Virus record (IMG/VR): IMGVR_UViG_3300031555_001762
DNA: 64,000 nt
Origin: a virus
Lineage: Duplodnaviria > Caudoviricetes
Reading direction: 5' to 3' (one strand)
Notes under the pieces: model-generated
What the model was told of the DNA's origin: nothing
Databases searched by the model: none
What the model saw: the letters and a program-made list of their open reading frames with translations, nothing else
Shown here: one piece after another, positions 58,214-64,000 of the stretch
Position numbering within the stretch: the first letter of the stretch is position 1
How the letters are laid out: the number at the start of each line of letters is the position of its first letter
Made by a program: the position numbers and the translations under genes

Positions 58214-59752
58214 CTATGCCAGAACAGAATTGAAAATCTCGTCAATTTCCACATCGGCCAAGATAGGCATTTCCTTTGAATCAACATAAGCTTTAAGTTC
58301 ATCATGCTGGGAGGTGGCAGTTGCAACAGTCTGATAAAGAGACAGGTCGATGTTGTCAATCTTCTTGTCAATAGAAGATAAAACAGTATCAACTTCTACC
58401 TGAGTATAATATAAATCGTCATGTGTATGATTTGTATCAGCCTTATTATCAACAGCACTTAAACGTCTATCTTCTACATAATTGTCTGTTATCAATGCGA
58501 TGGTAATATTTTTACTTGTAGCTAAATCAAAATCAGATTGACTTAGTAAGTTATACGTATATGGAGAAACAGATATTGTTATATTGTTTGTATTTGCAGC
58601 TGCTGAAACAATGTAAGAAATAGAATCATAATCTATTGGCGACCATGATATATTTAGATTGACTTTAAGATTTTTAATATACAATCTTCTTAAAGAGATG
58701 CAATATCCAAAAGCTTCTCTCCAGCTACCAGATTTTGCACCAAAGTTAGTCGTATTAATAGCATCAAAAGTACCTGCTGCCTCAATGTTTCTTGCGTCGA
58801 ACATTAATCCACGACAGTCTTTTGGCAATACGATGTTAAAGTCGGGGTCATCGTGTCCGACGATACCAATTGTCCTAGCACCATAATAGCTAAATACTTG
58901 CGTTGCCCACGTTGCTTTCGCAAAGCTATTTCTATATGCTAAGTTTCCCCAGTTAGGGTCGCTATTTACTCCAAAAGCCAAATAGAAGGCTTTAAATGTA
59001 TTATCTGGAATAGTTGAATAACACAATGGCAATTGTGAAGTGTGAGTCAATGTATAATTTGTTCTTTTAGCAACTTCGCTTACATAAGGATTGTCGCTCC
59101 AGAAGATACAATTTACGTATTGTGCGGCCTGCACACGATATGACCCTTGATTACCTTGACTCCATTTTGAATACATGGCTTCATCATTCATATCAAATAA
59201 GATATTTGAAAATTGTGCAACACCTTCCAGCCAAGGATAAAACGTTCCTAAAGCACTAGGGAATGCACTTAATGATAAAATAGAATTATCCGATGTTGGA
59301 ACAATCTCAAACGAATCACCCTCTACAAGCCTAACTTCAACGTTTGAGTTCGCAGGATATATCTTAGGAATACCATTAGTAACAATTGTTACATCCTCAA
59401 TACAATAAAACGCTAATACTGTATTTGAATTTAATGTTGTATATAAATTTTTAACATATTCTTCAGTTGCATAGCCATCTACGATATTAGACCAAGCTTC
59501 TTTCTCTTCTAGGGTTACATGAATTTCGCTGTTGTCGCTATGAGCTGCAAGCTTGGTTTCAGTTTCATCAAATTTGGATTTCAATACCTTGTTCTGAACA
59601 GGATTGGCAGAAGTGCCAGAGAGAGCGGAGTCCACCGTATAATCAGCAATATCCTCAAGTTTATGTTGGTGGTTCAATGTGGCGAATCCAGCTTTTAATT
59701 GGGCTATAAGTCTAATCAAAGCTTCAGTTCCTACATATTTCTTTTCAGCCAT
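58214..59752 (-). CDS. fibre/structural protein
   Basis: MAEKKY N-terminus, NPVQNKV, HTHDDLYY, EIDEIF C-terminus. Confidence 0.7.
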   Translation of the reverse strand: MAEKKYVGTEALIRLIAQLKAGFATLNHQHKLEDIADYTVDSALSGTSANPVQNKVLKSKFDETETKLAAHSDNSEIHVTLEEKEAWSNIVDGYATEEYVKNLYTTLNSNTVLAFYCIEDVTIVTNGIPKIYPANSNVEVRLVEGDSFEIVPTSDNSILSLSAFPSALGTFYPWLEGVAQFSNILFDMNDEAMYSKWSQGNQGSYRVQAAQYVNCIFWSDNPYVSEVAKRTNYTLTHTSQLPLCYSTIPDNTFKAFYLAFGVNSDPNWGNLAYRNSFAKATWATQVFSYYGARTIGIVGHDDPDFNIVLPKDCRGLMFDARNIEAAGTFDAINTTNFGAKSGSWREAFGYCISLRRLYIKNLKVNLNISWSPIDYDSISYIVSAAANTNNITISVSPYTYNLLSQSDFDLATSKNITIALITDNYVEDRRLSAVDNKADTNHTHDDLYYTQVEVDTVLSSIDKKIDNIDLSLYQTVATATSQHDELKAYVDSKEMPILADVEIDEIFNSVLA

Positions 59753-59855
59753 TTATGCACCTCCTTTTCATTGTTTTCAAATGTTTCCATTTTTAAAATG
59801 TTTTCTTATGTTTCTATAAAACAGAGACATTTGAAAACAATGTCTCTATAAAATA

Positions 59856-59881
59856 GGGGAGATGCAATTAAGCATCTCCCC
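59856..59881 (-). terminator. Rho-independent terminator
   Basis: ggggagatgc-aattaa-gcatctcccc. Confidence 0.65.
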
Positions 59882-59903
59882 ATTAAAAGAAATATTCTAT
59901 TGC
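59880..59903 (-). repeat. 24-bp site copy
   Basis: On - strand GCAATAGAA-tatttc-TTTTAATGG, 7 nt after stop of 59911-61230. Confidence 0.7.
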
Positions 59904-59910
59904 TTAAAAA

Positions 59911-61230
59911 TTAAGCAAACAAAGAGTCTACCTCGGCAGTGGTGATAGCCTTGAACTCACCAATCTTCTCATCGGTGTAAGCCTTTGCGTTGCCCTCAGC
60001 AGCATCCCAAGCGGAAACCTTAGCAGCAGTGATACCAGCAAGAACCTCAGCGTTCTCATGGACATGAGCCTTGGTGTAAGCCTCGTTCCACTGACCGATG
60101 AGAGCAGCAGTGATGCCGTCAAGGTCGGTCTTATTGGAGTGAGTGTGGGTGTCAGCCTGAAGAGCGTCAATCTCACCCTCAGCAGTGGTTACGCGACCAG
60201 CAAGAGCGTCGTGGTCGCCCTGAGCAACCTTACCAGCAACAACGGTCTCAAGAGCATCAACTTCGCCCTGAGCAACGCCAGCCTTGCGGTCAGCTTCCTG
60301 AGCAGCAGCAAGAGCAGCAGCAGCAGAAGCCTCAGCAGCAGCATCGCCTTCACCACGAAGCTTAGCCTCGGCAGCGACAGCAGCAGCAATCTGCTCAGCT
60401 ACAGAACCCTCGCCTTCGCCAAGCTCAGCCTCGACAGCCTTCAGGCGAGCATCGATAGCCTCGTCAGCAGCCTTGTATGCGGTCTCTACACCAGAGATAG
60501 CGGTACCACGGTCGGCAACTTCCTTCTCAATAGCAGTCTTGTTAGCAGCGATGTCAAGAACCATCTGGTCAGCAGCAGCACCCTCGCCATCAAGGTAGAC
60601 CTGAATCTCCTTCAGAGTGTCAAGAGCCTCGTCAAGCTGCTCACCCTCAGCGAGCTTGAAGAATGCCTCAACTTCAACAAGGCGAGCATCCATAGCCTCG
60701 TCAGCAGCAATACGAGCATCTTCCTCAGCGCCAATAGCCTCTGCGTTAGCGGAAACTAGACCACGAAGCTCGGTGTCATCATAAGCATTAGCCTGAATCT
60801 GCTCGATGATGCCCATAACGGTCTTGCCCTCGGCAACTTCGCCAACCTTGCCAGCGAGAGCATCAACTGCGTTCTGAGCAGCAACAGCCTTACCATCTGC
60901 AACACCAGCAGCAGCAACAGCAGCGTCAGCGGTACCCTGAGCAGCGACAGCTTTGCCGTCAGCAACGCCAGCAGCAGTAACACCCTCTTCGGCCTTAGCC
61001 TGAGCAGCAGCAGCAGCATCATTAGCCTTTGCTACCTCGGTGTCAGTGTAGCTCTTGGCAGCAGCCTGTGCGGAAGCAGCGGAGCCAGCAGCGTCGTAGT
61101 TAGAAGCTAGACCATCAGCATGAGCCTTAGCAGCATCAAGGGCAGCTTTGTCATCAGCAGCAATCTTTGCCTTAATCTTGGAATCGTACTCAACAAGTGC
61201 AGACCAATCCATATACTTCTTTTCAGCCAT
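59911..61230 (-). CDS. Ala-rich coiled-coil fibre protein
   Basis: MAEKKY start, LDTLKEI motif, HTHSNK, ITTAEVDSLF end; visibly GC-rich. Confidence 0.75.
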   Translation of the reverse strand: MAEKKYMDWSALVEYDSKIKAKIAADDKAALDAAKAHADGLASNYDAAGSAASAQAAAKSYTDTEVAKANDAAAAAQAKAEEGVTAAGVADGKAVAAQGTADAAVAAAGVADGKAVAAQNAVDALAGKVGEVAEGKTVMGIIEQIQANAYDDTELRGLVSANAEAIGAEEDARIAADEAMDARLVEVEAFFKLAEGEQLDEALDTLKEIQVYLDGEGAAADQMVLDIAANKTAIEKEVADRGTAISGVETAYKAADEAIDARLKAVEAELGEGEGSVAEQIAAAVAAEAKLRGEGDAAAEASAAAALAAAQEADRKAGVAQGEVDALETVVAGKVAQGDHDALAGRVTTAEGEIDALQADTHTHSNKTDLDGITAALIGQWNEAYTKAHVHENAEVLAGITAAKVSAWDAAEGNAKAYTDEKIGEFKAITTAEVDSLFA

Positions 61231-61277
61231 AATAAATTCCTCCTAAAAATAAATAAACGTTTATCTATATCAACACA

Positions 61278-61745
61278 CTAGAATAATGTGTTAATATCAT
61301 CAATTGTGACGGTATCAATCTCGTCGTTTTCATTTGCGTCTGCGACTACAACATATGTGTTCGTTTCTTCGTCCCAGACAGATATTTCTTTTTCCGCTTT
61401 ATTCACATAAAGCGTTCCTGTTTTTGCTTGTCCCAACTCTGGCAGTTCTACGCCAATAAATACCATGTCCTCTGGCGGAGTGGTAATTTGAACCCATTCA
61501 TTGTCATAAAACCACAGAACAGCAGTTTCAATAACAAAGTAGTATCCATTGGCAGGAGTAGAAAGAGACGATCTTTCTAATTCCGTATCCAACTCCGTAA
61601 TCTGATTGTAAAAGACTCGCTTATCCTTAAAGTCAAACGCAATACGTCCTTTATCGCGAACGAAAATCATCTGACCGTTCTTGATAACAAGGTCTTTAAC
61701 TCTATCGGAGGTAGTTGCGACAATGTTAAAAGCAGCTTGAGCCAT
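61278..61745 (-). CDS. structural protein
   Basis: ELPELG...LYV; VTIDDINTLF end. Confidence 0.65.
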   Translation of the reverse strand: MAQAAFNIVATTSDRVKDLVIKNGQMIFVRDKGRIAFDFKDKRVFYNQITELDTELERSSLSTPANGYYFVIETAVLWFYDNEWVQITTPPEDMVFIGVELPELGQAKTGTLYVNKAEKEISVWDEETNTYVVVADANENDEIDTVTIDDINTLF

Positions 61746-61773
61746 ATTGTCTCACCTCCATCATCGAGACTAA

Positions 61774-62745
61774 CTAAAACTCAACTACGGGAATCTCTAC
61801 GATTTCCTCGATTTTAGCATCAACCTTCTCTTCTATTGTCTGCATTATATCTGCCACATAATAAGGCTCGACATTCAGATGACAATCCTCATTAGTCAGA
61901 TTAATGCGGATATAATCAGAAGCAATAACCACACCATCGGCATCATACCACTCTACTGCGTAATGTTTATGCGCATATTCATTAGCAGTGGATTCAGCAC
62001 CAAAGTACGTCCAAGTATCAGAAGCCTCATTATATTCAGCAACTGATAGCCAGCACACACTGTACTTGCGACCGTATTTGTCGATACCAGCGGAACTGTT
62101 GTTTTCGAAATACCACATAGTCTGGTCTTCGATAACTGGTTTAACGTCTTCCTTGAAGCTAACAGCACCTTCGGGAGCGTAAGCCCTAAAGGTGATGTAA
62201 TAGCGATTCGGAAGTCCGTTTGCACCAACATTCTGTTTGACAAACTGAGTACCAGCTGGAACCATTACGCGAATTTCCTTCTCGCGATAGTCTACGAGCG
62301 TACCCTTTGGCGTGTCGGTAATTTCGTACTTCCTAGACAGATATTTCGCATCTACTTCATCGGCATCGACTTTTTCGCCCATCGCTTCAACCAGCTCTTC
62401 AAGAGAAGAAGTCTTCTCTTCAAGAGCAACAAGACGTTCTTTGACATCGGTTAAATCCGTGCTTTCTGAAATGACAATGAACTTTTCGCCATTCCAAACA
62501 TAGACAATTTCTCCGACGATATAAATTACGCCAGTCTTGCCAGTTTCAGGCAGCTCGTCAACAATAAGAACGTCATCTTCTGGAATACTGACGATTTGTG
62601 GTACGCCATTTTTATCAACCCAACCGACACGAGCTACGCCATCGTCAATTAGACATAGCATATCAAACGCATCAACTCTGCCAGAATCAATAGCGTCTTG
62701 AAGTCCCGCCAATGAACCAAATGCAAATTTTGCCTTATCAGCCAT
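61774..62745 (-). CDS. structural/fibre protein
   Basis: VDELPETG..GVIY...YVWNG motif plus coiled coil. Confidence 0.65.
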   Translation of the reverse strand: MADKAKFAFGSLAGLQDAIDSGRVDAFDMLCLIDDGVARVGWVDKNGVPQIVSIPEDDVLIVDELPETGKTGVIYIVGEIVYVWNGEKFIVISESTDLTDVKERLVALEEKTSSLEELVEAMGEKVDADEVDAKYLSRKYEITDTPKGTLVDYREKEIRVMVPAGTQFVKQNVGANGLPNRYYITFRAYAPEGAVSFKEDVKPVIEDQTMWYFENNSSAGIDKYGRKYSVCWLSVAEYNEASDTWTYFGAESTANEYAHKHYAVEWYDADGVVIASDYIRINLTNEDCHLNVEPYYVADIMQTIEEKVDAKIEEIVEIPVVEF

Positions 62746-62837
62746 ACTCTCATCCTCCTTTACAATTTTCCGATGTTTTTACAACAATATAAAAAGAGCC
62801 AGAATTAATCTGGCTCTAATTACCAAATATTAACAAG

Positions 62838-62861
62838 CACTTAAAATGCTCATTTTAATAT
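62838..62861 (-). repeat. 24-bp site copy
   Basis: On - strand ATATTAAAA-tgagca-TTTTAAGTG, overlapping stop of 62850-63281; hairpin at 62795-62818 follows. Confidence 0.55.
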
Positions 62862-63281
62862 GCTCAACTTATCATCTTCTACAACACCGAAACCATTGCA
62901 AAGCTTGATAACAGCATCTTTGTCAATTTCTTGACGAGAATATAAACGCTTCATTGAATCAACAAGAAGGGAGGAGTCGCCCACTATAAGCAAGCGGACG
63001 AACTCATCCATTACATCTTCTTTAGTTCCAAGCTCCAAAGCTTTTAAACGCCTATATTCATACTCGTCAATCTTATTAAGAACAACAGTTTCATATCCGT
63101 CAACGGGGATATCATACCAACCTTCAACATGCCAGATATAATTGCCATCAGATGATATCGTTGCCTGAGCGCCATCTTCTCCGCACAGTACCATACGGTT
63201 GTGCTTTTCCTGATATTTCAGACGTACAAGATTGTCAAGCACATCAATGACTTTGCCATTATAGACAACTTTATAGAACAT
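62850..63281 (-). CDS. hypothetical protein
   Basis: AAGGAGG RBS; 143 aa. Confidence 0.68.
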   Translation of the reverse strand: MFYKVVYNGKVIDVLDNLVRLKYQEKHNRMVLCGEDGAQATISSDGNYIWHVEGWYDIPVDGYETVVLNKIDEYEYRRLKALELGTKEDVMDEFVRLLIVGDSSLLVDSMKRLYSRQEIDKDAVIKLCNGFGVVEDDKLSILK

Positions 63282-63295
63282 ACTTCACAACCTCC

Positions 63296-64000
63296 TTACA
63301 ATGATATCTCTATTAAAACGCCAAGTTCTGTATTAGCCGCAGTGAACGAATATATACCACCAGCATTAGAAGAAGCGCTGCCATCACTGTCAACATACAA
63401 TGGATAGCGTGTATATCTGATGTCTGGAGTACGTAGCCAATAGTCTCCAGCTTCACCATTTTCATATGAACGAATTCTTGCAGAATTTGAAATCATATAG
63501 TTAATAGTTGGGTTATTGTTATATAACTCGTTCTTGTACTGGGTTTGATAACTATCAACATCATATGCAGATGGTATGTTAACAAAGCAACCAGATTCAG
63601 ATGTTGCATTGGTTGTGTTTCCAACATGAGAAGATACGGACACCTTCTTCATAATTGTCTTTATCTGACTAGGTATCGCATCATAGAATCTTGTATTCAA
63701 GAAATTGTTCAATACAGACGATGCCCAACCGCCAGCAACAGAATCGCTGTTGTTGTACTTCTTCTTGCAACCAAGCAGATTCTTTGCCAAGAGACTCATG
63801 GTGCTTTCCTTTGTAAAGTCATCATAAAGCGCATAACGATAGAAACCGCTTACTTCAAGAGCAATATTCTCATGAGTCCAACTTACAAGTTTCTTGCAGG
63901 CTTCTACGCCCAGATCCATATACCAAATCTTACACCAATTGATATCTCCAACGCAGTAATTCGAGAATCTTCCAGCATCGTTCTTTGCAGCGCCGAAAAC
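63296..64000 (-). CDS. C-terminal part of a DUF6273-like (WLRxP) protein, truncated by window edge
   Basis: GGWASS.L..FLN, YWLRTP; frame open to 64000. Confidence 0.65.
   Translation of the reverse strand, partial: VFGAAKNDAGRFSNYCVGDINWCKIWYMDLGVEACKKLVSWTHENIALEVSGFYRYALYDDFTKESTMSLLAKNLLGCKKKYNNSDSVAGGWASSVLNNFLNTRFYDAIPSQIKTIMKKVSVSSHVGNTTNATSESGCFVNIPSAYDVDSYQTQYKNELYNNNPTINYMISNSARIRSYENGEAGDYWLRTPDIRYTRYPLYVDSDGSASSNAGGIYSFTAANTELGVLIEISL

Noticed and set aside
57758-60759. Long Ser-rich + strand ORFs (57758-58279, 60058-60759)
   Set aside because: Antisense shadows of GCT-rich fibre genes.

Overview
This is a 64-kb piece of a large, AT-rich tailed dsDNA phage, probably temperate and probably infecting a Gram-positive anaerobe; its layout resembles SPbeta-type phages. 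From 1 to 45.3 kb, genes lie on the + strand. They comprise a block of small accessory ORFs, two tyrosine-recombinase-fold genes, 11 tRNAs, a sigma factor, tRNA/RNA repair enzymes, a full replisome (SSB-like, Sak4-like, DnaB, primase, DnaE, RecD2), nucleotide metabolism (nrdDG, dut, thyX, folD), an integrase with a probable attP, and a ParMRC-like partition locus. From 45.4 to 64 kb, genes lie on the - strand and encode modular tail-fibre/adhesin proteins. The main unexplained signal is a dispersed 24-bp imperfect palindrome, (G/C)CA(A/T)TRAAA-N6-TTTCAAAGG. Ten copies divide 1-4.1 kb into 1-3-gene units: the left arm often supplies the upstream stop codon and the right arm supplies the next gene's ribosome-binding site. 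Further copies sit at gene ends elsewhere, including among the tail-fibre genes, and a perfect 11-6-11 copy marks the strand switch. With a catalytically intact tyrosine recombinase just downstream, this looks like a phage-encoded integron-/pdif-like gene-cassette system; that interpretation is inference, and a repressor operator is the main alternative. Also noted: a second repeated intergenic motif (AAGGTTATATGYTAAA), two orphan pairs of NrdR boxes, three candidate structured ncRNAs, and a rare tRNA-Ile(UAU). All product calls come from visual motif recognition; no database searches were run.
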